DNA from: Candidatus Saccharimonadota bacterium
GTDB taxonomy: Bacteria > Patescibacteriota > Saccharimonadia > Saccharimonadales > Saccharimonadaceae
Length of the DNA: 32,000 nucleotides
Assembly (NCBI GenBank): GCA_016700015.1
Contig: CP064995.1
Location: 810,001 to 842,000, forward strand
Reading direction: 5' to 3'
The translations under genes were made by a program, and so were the position numbers. Under the pieces are notes generated by a model. The model made no database searches, was not told where the DNA came from, and was given only the letters and a program-made list of their open reading frames with translations. Shown one piece after another: positions 21,117 through 29,396 of this stretch. Position 1 is the stretch's first letter. The number at the start of each line of letters is the position of its first letter.

Positions 21117-21950
21117 ATGACCACTACTGTCATCGAAACAATTTCAAAAACAAAAAACGAATCTACTCCAGATCTAAGCTTCGAATTGTCCGAAGAGGCA
21201 CTAGAGACCTTACGCCAGTTGCTGCGTTCGAACAGAAGTATGTTTGACGAACGTTTGGACGATATCACTTCCTCCTATCTTATGAAATACAACCCTGAGT
21301 TCGCCCTTAACATACAGCGAATGCGAATGGCCCGAGAGGAAAGTGCACAACTGGCAATCAAACATAGCCAGGAGCAGCTTGTCGCCGATACGCGCGCACG
21401 TATTGCCGAAAAATACGATTTGCCGACACTCAGCGAGTTCGAAGAATCAAAACAGAGAGTGTTACATGTGCTCAATGAAACTGGATGTCAGTCTGCACTT
21501 GAGGCACCGGTGCTAACTAAACTTGGCATTATCGTAAGCCAAAATAACAACCGCTGGCATCATTATCCCTATGGCAGTTTCCCTCGTACTGTCGACGAGG
21601 CTTGGTGCCGCTATCTCCGTGCTGCCGATGAACATGAAAAGTATGCGAGCCTATTAAAAAAAGGCCGAGGCGAGGGGCTGACAGCGCTTGTTATGGAAAA
21701 AGACCAGTCTCGTCGTTCTGCACATAATGCCGTTGCTACGCAGCTCTGCGACCTGCTTGGGTTAACCAATCTTCAGGATGCTCGGGAACTCGCAACCTCA
21801 ATGCGCGATCACGCTCCTATCGCCCATGGTGCAAACGATACTAAACCTAACTCCCTTGCTCCTGGAATGACAATCGCACGTGCTATGCACCATCATCTCC
21901 TAGCTGATTATGATTCGCTCCCCGATCCGGAGCGGCCTCGTCATTTTTAA
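21117..21950 (+). CDS. hypothetical protein (277 aa)
   Basis: Long ORF with coding-like composition and a promoter directly upstream. I recognise no family. Confidence 0.7.
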   Translation: MTTTVIETISKTKNESTPDLSFELSEEALETLRQLLRSNRSMFDERLDDITSSYLMKYNPEFALNIQRMRMAREESAQLAIKHSQEQLVADTRARIAEKYDLPTLSEFEESKQRVLHVLNETGCQSALEAPVLTKLGIIVSQNNNRWHHYPYGSFPRTVDEAWCRYLRAADEHEKYASLLKKGRGEGLTALVMEKDQSRRSAHNAVATQLCDLLGLTNLQDARELATSMRDHAPIAHGANDTKPNSLAPGMTIARAMHHHLLADYDSLPDPERPRHF

Positions 21951-21970
21951 TCTATAATCCTAAAACGCAT

Positions 21971-22861
21971 ATGAATGAAACAAAAACACTTCCATCCGCA
22001 AAAACCGAACAAGTACAGAGCACTCCCTACCTCGATGCATCGCGCACGATTGCGGAGTTAGTTGCGAGCGACATGTTTCAGCGCCTCAGGCTTAGGGGCA
22101 TGTCGGTCGAGGCAACACTGTTCACCGCTGCATCAGCCCGGGCAAATCAGCTTGACCGTCAAGGCGATGCAACGACGCGCAAAGAAGCAGACTCACTGCG
22201 CATTGTAAGCCAACTCGGTGAGTTTACGCACGGGCTCGAGGCAATCCGCCATCACCACCATGTAGAACCCCTCACGAAGCGCGCACTGGAAGCCGCAAAA
22301 CTGCGCACCGTGAAATTTAACCACGCGGTTCAAGACATGCTCATGCACGACCCAACAATTGAATTTGATGAGCTTGTTGGTTTCCTCAGCACTATGCATG
22401 GAGTACTTAATCGTCAGCGCTGGGGCGATGACCACGCTGGCTGGGCGAGTGAAGCCAATTGGTTTCATCATCAGCTCGAAATCACCATTCACGGTATGCA
22501 GCAAGAGATTTTTGGCGAACAGATCGCCCTTAGTCTCCCTGGGGTGACGGTTGAGCGGATAACCGACCCACACGAAGACCTGCGCGGCATTGACCGCTGG
22601 ATCACAATGGACGATGTGCGCTTCCCTGTTGATTTTAAGGCTAGCTATGCCACCGCTCGCCATGCCCGCAGCAAAGCACGCCACCCAGAACAAGTAGTTT
22701 ATACCGGTGTTGAAGGCCCACGCTTTCGCAAAGCCTTGCGGCTCGACACTAAAGATATCGCTCTACGCAGCGAGCAAATGAAGCGGAACCTCGAACTCGC
22801 CAAGCAAGCGTATATACGCCGGCAGCAACCGCTCGGGCATATTGCCACACTTGGATCGTAG
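21971..22861 (+). CDS. hypothetical protein (296 aa) with a possible PD-(D/E)xK nuclease-like motif
   Basis: The ORF starts 20 nt after the previous gene. The C-terminal half contains HGMQQEIFGEQ ... EDLRGIDRWI ... RFPVDFKAS (E ... D ... D-x-K spacing). The motif reading is tentative. Confidence 0.7.
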   Translation: MNETKTLPSAKTEQVQSTPYLDASRTIAELVASDMFQRLRLRGMSVEATLFTAASARANQLDRQGDATTRKEADSLRIVSQLGEFTHGLEAIRHHHHVEPLTKRALEAAKLRTVKFNHAVQDMLMHDPTIEFDELVGFLSTMHGVLNRQRWGDDHAGWASEANWFHHQLEITIHGMQQEIFGEQIALSLPGVTVERITDPHEDLRGIDRWITMDDVRFPVDFKASYATARHARSKARHPEQVVYTGVEGPRFRKALRLDTKDIALRSEQMKRNLELAKQAYIRRQQPLGHIATLGS

Positions 22862-22866
22862 CGCTA

Positions 22867-22895
22867 TTGACTTTTTATACTATTTGTGCTTAAAT
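22867..22895 (+). promoter_or_regulatory. promoter (TTGACT-17-TTAAAT) for 22936..23528
   Basis: TTGACT at 22867-22872, spacer TTTTATACTATTTGTGC, and TTAAAT at 22890-22895. Confidence 0.6.
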
Positions 22896-22935
22896 GATTA
22901 CATAGCAGTACGCAAAATAAAAAGGAACGCAAGAA

Positions 22936-23253
22936 ATGCCAGAAACCCTATCACCACAGCCAGGTGAGCCAACGCCAATCTACGACCAGCTAGCGGCAGC
23001 GTCATTACATCCACAAGCGGCCCACGAGCTGCAAGAAAGAAGCGCAATGACCGCTGAGGCCGATGCGTTTGCTGCACAGATTGCAGCTGAAGTTGCTACC
23101 ACAGGCAGCCTAGATGTTGCTACACCTACCGCCGACCCACGACCAACCGTAGCTGAGCAAGTAGCAGCACTTGATGCCGACGCTAGTGACAAAGTACCCG
23201 ATGTTAGTGCTATGTCCGATGAAGAACTAAGAAAAGCGCTAGGAATGCAGTAA
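22936..23253 (+). CDS. small acidic Ala-rich hypothetical protein (105 aa)
   Basis: The ORF has AAGGA about 11 nt upstream. My residue count gives about 18 D/E versus 5 K/R. Its stop overlaps the next start (TAATG). Confidence 0.6.
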   Translation: MPETLSPQPGEPTPIYDQLAAASLHPQAAHELQERSAMTAEADAFAAQIAAEVATTGSLDVATPTADPRPTVAEQVAALDADASDKVPDVSAMSDEELRKALGMQ

Positions 23254-23528
23254 TGGGAAAACCGCGTGGATATGACGTGCCGCCGCCGGCCGAGCCAAAG
23301 ACGAAAATTGTAACTTCAGTTGAGGGCCGAGTGCTTGAATCTATCCCAAAGCGTTCTCGACGCGCAGCCGCTAAGGCCGCTGCCGCAGCACTCGACCAAA
23401 AGCCGTGGGACATAGCTCATCAATCCCCTGAAGCATTACGTCATCAAGCACATATGGCAGCTAATTCACGCGACCATAGTAAACCAACGCGTGCCTTAGA
23501 AAAACGTAGAGCAATCAGCGATTATTAG
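23253..23528 (+). CDS. small basic hypothetical protein (91 aa)
   Basis: The ORF is translationally coupled to the previous one through a 1-nt overlap. My residue count gives about 18 K/R versus 10 D/E. A terminator follows. Confidence 0.6.
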   Translation: MGKPRGYDVPPPAEPKTKIVTSVEGRVLESIPKRSRRAAAKAAAAALDQKPWDIAHQSPEALRHQAHMAANSRDHSKPTRALEKRRAISDY

Positions 23529-23529
23529 C

Positions 23530-23551
23530 ACGCCTCTCGGGGGCGTTTTTG
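23530..23551 (+). terminator. weak intrinsic terminator
   Basis: ACGCC-(7 nt)-GGCGT forms a 5-bp stem followed by TTTTTG. Confidence 0.45.
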
Positions 23552-23584
23552 TATGCCCCCAGTCATAGTACAATAGAGTACGAC

Positions 23585-24616
23585 ATGAACATGCGGTTTG
23601 CGACGGAAGCAGAAATACAGCAGTGGGACACGATTGTCCCTGAGAACCCTGATGGCGGCAATGTGCTGCAGGGGTTCGTGTTTACCGACCTCAAGCGCGC
23701 GAGCGGCTGGACGATCCGCCATATTGTGTGCGACACAGCGGCGATGACAGCTATGGAGAAGCGAATCCCCTTGCTCGGTAAGGTGTGGTATGTCCCCAAA
23801 GGGCCAGGCGTCACGTCGGCGAAGGAACTACAGACAATTGTCGACGAGCTCCGACCATTTGCGAAGAAGCACGGGGCATTCACAGTGAAGATCGAGCCAG
23901 AGCTGCCGCTCGGCACCGACCTGTCGCCGCTAGGGCTTATAGCCACTCGGCCAATCCAATACAACTGCTCAACTGTGGTCGTTGACCTGCACGACGGCCT
24001 AGAAACCATCATGAAGAACTTGCCGCAAAAAGGCCGCCACGCCATAAAGCGTGCCGAGCGCGACGGTGTAGTAGTAAAAATGGTCGAAAGCACCCCTGAA
24101 AACTGCGATATAATGTACGAACTCTTTACGGAAACGGCCACTGGGGCTGGCTTTGTGATCCGCTCTCGCCAGTACTACCACGATTTTTACCAGCGCTACA
24201 GCGAGGCTGGGCAAGGCCAACTATTCTTCGCCTATTTTGACGGCAAGCTCATCGCCGGCGCCTACGCGCTGGTGTATGGCCAAAAAAGCACCTACAAAGA
24301 CGGCGCCAGTGTCCGCGAAAAAGTGACCTACGGCGGTAGCCACTACTTACAATGGAAAGTTATCGAGTGGGCAAAATCGCGCGGTAGCGTAGTACACGAC
24401 TTGTGCGGCACGCCGCCCGCGGCCGACATCGCCGACCCCAAGCACCCGTTTTACGGCCTCGGCCGCTTCAAAACCAGCTTTAATAAGCATGTCACCGACT
24501 ACGTAGGTGCCTACGAACTACCGATCAGCGTCTGGAAAACCAAGCTGTGGGTAGTCTATGTCGAAAGGCTTGTCCGTCGCCTCCACTTCAAGCGTCACCA
24601 CGAATCCTATTACTAA
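23585..24616 (+). CDS. FemAB-family peptidoglycan interpeptide-bridge aminoacyltransferase (lipid II:aminoacyl-tRNA transferase family)
   Basis: Part of ORF 23549..24616; I prefer ATG 23585 (MNMRFATEAEIQQWD...). LLGKVWYVPKGPG, NLPQKGRHAIKRAERDGV and FFAYFDGKLIAGAYALVYG..STYKDGAS are typical FemX/FemAB blocks. It is a paralogue of 30067..31053. Confidence 0.85.
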   Translation: MNMRFATEAEIQQWDTIVPENPDGGNVLQGFVFTDLKRASGWTIRHIVCDTAAMTAMEKRIPLLGKVWYVPKGPGVTSAKELQTIVDELRPFAKKHGAFTVKIEPELPLGTDLSPLGLIATRPIQYNCSTVVVDLHDGLETIMKNLPQKGRHAIKRAERDGVVVKMVESTPENCDIMYELFTETATGAGFVIRSRQYYHDFYQRYSEAGQGQLFFAYFDGKLIAGAYALVYGQKSTYKDGASVREKVTYGGSHYLQWKVIEWAKSRGSVVHDLCGTPPAADIADPKHPFYGLGRFKTSFNKHVTDYVGAYELPISVWKTKLWVVYVERLVRRLHFKRHHESYY

Positions 24617-24657
24617 ACGAAAGGCCTTTTTACCTAGTGATTAACCGCAAAGTTCTC

Positions 24658-25506
24658 ATGTCCGATGCCCGCCATTTCAGCAACGAGCAGCCCATCAACC
24701 CCTATTACCATATTGAGTCGGTTGACCTGGCCGTCGCTCAGCAAGAGCACGACCATATTCGTGACATGATGCAGCAAGCCGGCATAGAGGTGGTGCAGGT
24801 GGCAGCACCAGCCGACAGCCAAGACGGTGTGTATACCGCCAACTGGGCGCTGGTACGCGGCAACAAAGCCGTACTGGCACGGCTACCAAATGCACGTAAG
24901 GCCGAGGAGCCCCACGCAAGGTACATGCTCGCTACACTTGGTATTGAAACATTCGAAGTACCCGACGGGCTCAAGTTTAGCGGCCAAGGCGATGCCCTTC
25001 CCTGCGGTGACTTACTATTCTGCGGTAGCACCTACCGTAGTGACGAAGCAGCGCTACTCTTTGCGGCCGAAACGCTAGGGTTCCGTCGTATTCAGCTGCG
25101 CACTGTCCCGCAGCAAGATGCCTTAGGAAATGATGTCATAAATACATCGTCTGGCTGGCCCGATAGCTTTTACTACGACATAGACCTGGCACTTTCGGTG
25201 CTGCGTGGCCCCGAAAATGGCCAGAAGGGCCTGATCGCCTACTGCCCGACAGCCTTTACGCCGGAAAGTCAGCGTATTCTCGAAGATCTAACAGAGGTAG
25301 ATAAAATTATCGTCAGCGAGCATGAAGCCAAAGACGCCTTTGCCTGCAACCTTGTTTCTACCGGCAGCACGGTGATTATGAGTGCCCACGCCCCGCAGTT
25401 TGCCGCCGAACTACGCGCCCGCGGCTTCGCGCTACTTCACCCCGAAATTTGCGAACTCGTCAAAGGTGGCGGCTACATCCGCTGCACTACGTTGACGCTT
25501 GACTAG
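24658..25506 (+). CDS. guanidino-group-modifying enzyme superfamily protein (amidinotransferase / DDAH / arginine deiminase-like)
   Basis: I use the internal ATG 24658 of ORF 24547..25506; GTG 24636 is an alternative. The C-terminal KGGGYIRCTTLTLD is the GGGxxxC catalytic-Cys signature of this superfamily. The ~283-aa size fits DDAH/amidinotransferase-type members. Confidence 0.8.
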   Translation: MSDARHFSNEQPINPYYHIESVDLAVAQQEHDHIRDMMQQAGIEVVQVAAPADSQDGVYTANWALVRGNKAVLARLPNARKAEEPHARYMLATLGIETFEVPDGLKFSGQGDALPCGDLLFCGSTYRSDEAALLFAAETLGFRRIQLRTVPQQDALGNDVINTSSGWPDSFYYDIDLALSVLRGPENGQKGLIAYCPTAFTPESQRILEDLTEVDKIIVSEHEAKDAFACNLVSTGSTVIMSAHAPQFAAELRARGFALLHPEICELVKGGGYIRCTTLTLD

Positions 25507-26794
25507 CGCGAATGGCAGTGCGCACTTCGGCCGCCTCGTCCCAGGGGTGTTCACCATCAGCTCGTTCAATCACTTTTTCGTGGCCCTTGCCCAGGAACAC
25601 GACGGTATCGTCGGCAGTCTTTACCCTGCTCACGGCAAATTGAATCGCCTCACTGCGATCAAGGAGCTTGAACATCGTTTCAAATTCGACCTTACCGCTA
25701 CGCCGTGCGCCCTCAGCGATCTGTTCTAGTATCGTTTCGCCGTCAACATCACGATCATCTTCTTCGGTGAGCACTACTTCGTCGGCGTATCTGCCGGCGA
25801 TCTCACCCTGAATCGCCCGCTTACTTTCATCGCGCCGTCCTGCAGAGCCGAACAGAACGACAAGTTTACCAACAGTGTTATGTCGTAAATCTGACAACAA
25901 CTTTTCAAACGAATCGGGCGTATGGGCAAAATCGATGACGGCTGCATACGGTTGGCCCTCGTCGATGGTATTCATACGACCGTCAACACTTTTCAGCGCC
26001 GCAATTCCCTGCTCTATCTGCTGTTTGCTAAGTCCAAGCTCTATACCAACCGCAACTGCCGCCAAGCTGTTATAAACATTAAACTCGCCTGGAATGTTAC
26101 AGACAATGTCGTAAGTAACACCTTTGTAACTCACTTGGTAGGCGCTGTCCTGCGCTGTCATGTGAACGTGGTGTGGTACTAGCTCACCTTGGTGCAGGCC
26201 ATAGCCTAGCGAGCGGGGTACGGCAGCCCGCCAGCGCGCAGCACTCGGATCATCGGCATTGTAAATACCAAACTTCCGGCCATGCTTGGCTGCAATACGG
26301 AACAGGCGCAACTTCGCCGCGAGGTAGCGCTCAAAGCTGCCATGGTAGTCGAGGTGTTCATGCGTGATATTCGTCATGACCCCTATTTCATACGGGATAC
26401 CCCACACGCGGTACTGCGCCAGGGCATGACTGGTGGTTTCGAGTACCAGCCACTCGGCACCCTGCTGGCGGAACTCTGCAATACGCTTTTGGAGCAGTGG
26501 GGCCCCAGCCGTGGTCATATGCACCTGCGAAGCAACAATATCGTTGCCCACCCCAGAAGAGACAGTTGTCATAAGCGCAGTCGGGTAGTCAGCATCCACT
26601 AACATACGGTGAATCATGCTACTCGTTGTCGTTTTGCCATTGGTGCCAGTGACCCCAATAACATGCAGGCCGCGCGCCGGAAAGCCGCGGTACGCAGCCG
26701 CTGCGGCGGCTTCGAGTCGGTGATACTGCGGTTCGGCAGCGCGAAAAGCGGCACGAGGAATAGCCTTTTTGAGCAGCCGCTTCACCCTACTCAC
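25487..26794 (-). CDS. Mur ligase family protein (MurE-like UDP-MurNAc-peptide ligase, short N-terminal domain)
   Basis: A 435-aa ORF. The P-loop is GVTGTNGKTTTSSM. Other motifs are LETTSHAL, DFAHTPDSFEKLL, FGSAGRRDESKR and LTEEDDRDVD. The P-loop lies only about 50 aa from the N-terminus. Confidence 0.88.
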   Translation of the reverse strand: MSRVKRLLKKAIPRAAFRAAEPQYHRLEAAAAAAYRGFPARGLHVIGVTGTNGKTTTSSMIHRMLVDADYPTALMTTVSSGVGNDIVASQVHMTTAGAPLLQKRIAEFRQQGAEWLVLETTSHALAQYRVWGIPYEIGVMTNITHEHLDYHGSFERYLAAKLRLFRIAAKHGRKFGIYNADDPSAARWRAAVPRSLGYGLHQGELVPHHVHMTAQDSAYQVSYKGVTYDIVCNIPGEFNVYNSLAAVAVGIELGLSKQQIEQGIAALKSVDGRMNTIDEGQPYAAVIDFAHTPDSFEKLLSDLRHNTVGKLVVLFGSAGRRDESKRAIQGEIAGRYADEVVLTEEDDRDVDGETILEQIAEGARRSGKVEFETMFKLLDRSEAIQFAVSRVKTADDTVVFLGKGHEKVIERADGEHPWDEAAEVRTAIRASQAST

Positions 26795-27848
26795 GACTAC
26801 CGCCGATCACTCCCGCTATACGGGCGCTGCCTTCGTCGTCGTAGTCGGCATAGCGTCGTCCGACGAGCAGTACCAAATCGTCTTTTTTGGCACCACGCAC
26901 CACAATGAACGCTGCTTCTTCGTGGTCGCGGGCAGCATCAGGATCGGCGCTATCGCCAACAACCACCACTCTGTCGGCCACTTTGCGTAGCGAGTCCAGT
27001 ACCGTTGGCTGGGCAGCTGTATCGAGCGCTACGAGCAAACGACGCTTGGCGAGCTGCTTAGCGTTGTCAATGAGTCGCAGCAAGCTATCGTCAGCACCGC
27101 CCTGGTCAACAGCGATCAAAAACGGAGCGTTGTGGCGCAAATAGTCAAAGTTCCCTGCGATTCGCTCTACCCGGGCGATGCCGTCGGCAAACTTGGCGAC
27201 ATCGACACCCAGTACATACACCGCCGCCAGCGCCGTGGCAACATTGAGCCCATTCGCCTCACCAACAAGGTAAGACGCGACGTCGAGCTTGGTGTGCATA
27301 TCGATGACGAGCGACACTTCCGTACCCTTGCGGTACAGTGCTTGCGACACAACACGCATATCGGCCTTTTCGTCAGTACCGAATGTAATGAGATTGTGGT
27401 GTTCAACACCAGCAGGGGGCGTGAGGCCATGGGGCAGCACTGCGTAGCGCACCCCAAGAGCGGTAACAGCTGCAAGCTCGGGTGAATCAGTAGTCGCGAC
27501 AGCCATTTCTACGGTAAGAGTCGGCAAAGCGTAACTAGCGACAAGTGCCGCGTGCACTTCCATTACTACATAGTCGTAGCCCTGACGAGACGCATCTGCC
27601 AGGCGGCGGTGCAGCAAGAAGGGATCTGTTTCGAAGCTGTGGTCGGCATCAGCCGCCGCCATCACCTCGACTACCTTCGCTCCGCTCTCACGCAAAAGTT
27701 CCGCGATCAATCGTACAACAGTTGATTTGCCGTGGTTGCCCGTAACAAGGATCAGCTTCGCAGTATTTGATTTACTACCATAGCGAAGCGATGCGATTTT
27801 AACGCGCAGTTTTTTGTAACTGTTTGGCTTGCTCCCCCGCTTCATCAT
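26787..27848 (-). CDS. divergent Mur ligase family paralogue
   Basis: A 353-aa ORF with an 8-nt overlap with the downstream Mur ligase gene. The P-loop variant is LVTGNHGKSTV. MEVHAAL stands in place of E-x-SSH, and NGLNVATALAAVYVLG is retained. The DxAHxP block is replaced by AVDQGGADDS. Confidence 0.75.
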   Translation of the reverse strand: MMKRGSKPNSYKKLRVKIASLRYGSKSNTAKLILVTGNHGKSTVVRLIAELLRESGAKVVEVMAAADADHSFETDPFLLHRRLADASRQGYDYVVMEVHAALVASYALPTLTVEMAVATTDSPELAAVTALGVRYAVLPHGLTPPAGVEHHNLITFGTDEKADMRVVSQALYRKGTEVSLVIDMHTKLDVASYLVGEANGLNVATALAAVYVLGVDVAKFADGIARVERIAGNFDYLRHNAPFLIAVDQGGADDSLLRLIDNAKQLAKRRLLVALDTAAQPTVLDSLRKVADRVVVVGDSADPDAARDHEEAAFIVVRGAKKDDLVLLVGRRYADYDDEGSARIAGVIGGSRE

Positions 27849-27883
27849 GCTTCTATTTTAGCACTAGAACCAGACTATGGAGA

Positions 27884-28222
27884 CTAGTAGCTGCTACCAC
27901 TACCGCTGGCGGCCGCGATAATCATCATAAGCAAGAAGAAACCAAACGAAAGTATTCCTAGCCCCGCCCAAACAAACGCGATAATCGCCATAATCTTAGC
28001 TGTATTTGCTTTACTTGTGGCATCGGGCACATTACCGGCACTTAGCGCCGAGCTTGCCATTGACGAGAAGACGACGGCTAAGATACCAAAGATACTGATA
28101 CCGCTCAAGATAAGCGAAACGACGCTCATTGTCATGTGGCTATTGACTGGTTGTACACCAGGCGCTACCGGCTGAGCGGGTACGGGTGTTGGCACGGGCG
28201 GTACTGGTTGTTGTTCGTTCAT
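27884..28222 (-). CDS. small membrane protein with Pro-rich N-terminus (DUF4190-like architecture)
   Basis: A 112-aa ORF. MNEQQPVPPVPTPVPAQPVAPGVQPV is followed by two long hydrophobic segments. Confidence 0.7.
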   Translation of the reverse strand: MNEQQPVPPVPTPVPAQPVAPGVQPVNSHMTMSVVSLILSGISIFGILAVVFSSMASSALSAGNVPDATSKANTAKIMAIIAFVWAGLGILSFGFFLLMMIIAAASGSGSSY

Positions 28223-28286
28223 TACATCTCCTATGAATTACTTGCTGAGTCTATAGTAGCAGATTTGCTTGTGCTAGCGAATATCG

Positions 28287-29396
28287 TTGGCACATGGTAT
28301 GGTAACAGTAGTGAAAATTCTGGGAATTGAGAGTAGTTGTGACGAAACCGCAGCAGCGGTGGTTGAGGATGGGTTCTGCCTACTCAGTAATGTTGTCGTG
28401 TCGCAAATCGATATTCACAAGGCCTATGGGGGAGTAGTGCCAGAAGTCGCTGCACGCAGTCACATTGAAGCAATTGGGCCAGTGATTGATAAAGCTCTAG
28501 CCGATGCCGACTGTACCTGGAACGACATCGATGCCATTGCCGTCACCTACGCCCCAGGGCTGATTGGATCTTTACTGATCGGCACCCTGGCGGCACGTAC
28601 CTTGGCGATAACAAAGCACAAACCACTCTACGCCATTCATCATGTAGAGGCCCATGTGTACGCCAATTTCATCACCAGTGCGCCTGGTCAACAATTGGCC
28701 CTCCCCGCCAAGCAACCCGCATTCCCCTGCCTAGCGCTCATCGTAAGTGGTGGCCACACCCAGTTAGTGCTCTTCCGTGATCATGGCGACTATAGCCTTC
28801 TTGGCCAAACGCAAGACGACGCTGTTGGAGAAGCATTCGACAAGGTCGCAAAAATTCTCGGCCTCTCCTACCCTGGTGGTCCATCAGTGGCTGCGGCTGC
28901 CGAGAATGGCGACCCTCATGCCTATGTATTTCCCAGGGCCAAACTTAAGGGCGAGTTTGATTTTTCGTTCTCAGGCCTCAAAACGGCCGTTCTAAGAGCC
29001 GTTCAGCGCGAAGCAGGCGTGGACATCACTTTTCCCTCACACGAGCTTGCAGAGCTTCTCACGAGCAAACAGCGGCATGATTTTGCTGCGAGCTTCCAGT
29101 ACACGGCGGTCGCAACGCTTGTCGATAAGGCATTGGCGGCTTACGAAGCCTATCTACCCGCTTCAGTGGTGATTGCCGGTGGTGTGGCCGCTAGCCAAGA
29201 GCTGCGTCGGCAGCTCAGCGATCGTCTGCCGATTGCTATCGAATACGCACCGATGAACCTGTGCACCGACAACGCGGCAATGATCGCCACACTTGGCTAT
29301 TTTGTCGCGCAGAAATGTGCCGCCACTGATCCCTATTCACTTGAGGTACAGCCCAGCCTTTCTATGTCTCAATCGGTTTGGCGACGCAGCTACTAG
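28287..29396 (+). CDS. tsaD: tRNA N6-adenosine threonylcarbamoyltransferase
   Basis: A 369-aa ORF. ILGIESSCDETAAAVV, HVEAHV and GGVAAS are TsaD/Kae1 hallmarks. The start is uncertain (ATG 28287, ATG 28299 or GTG 28311). Confidence 0.93.
   Translation: MAHGMVTVVKILGIESSCDETAAAVVEDGFCLLSNVVVSQIDIHKAYGGVVPEVAARSHIEAIGPVIDKALADADCTWNDIDAIAVTYAPGLIGSLLIGTLAARTLAITKHKPLYAIHHVEAHVYANFITSAPGQQLALPAKQPAFPCLALIVSGGHTQLVLFRDHGDYSLLGQTQDDAVGEAFDKVAKILGLSYPGGPSVAAAAENGDPHAYVFPRAKLKGEFDFSFSGLKTAVLRAVQREAGVDITFPSHELAELLTSKQRHDFAASFQYTAVATLVDKALAAYEAYLPASVVIAGGVAASQELRRQLSDRLPIAIEYAPMNLCTDNAAMIATLGYFVAQKCAATDPYSLEVQPSLSMSQSVWRRSY

Noticed and set aside
22193-24141. Antisense ORFs 22193..22693 (-) and 23563..24141 (-), 166 and 192 aa
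   Set aside because: They lie fully inside the better-supported plus-strand genes (the orphan 296-aa protein and FemAB). They have no RBS or promoter, and their composition is shadow-frame-like.
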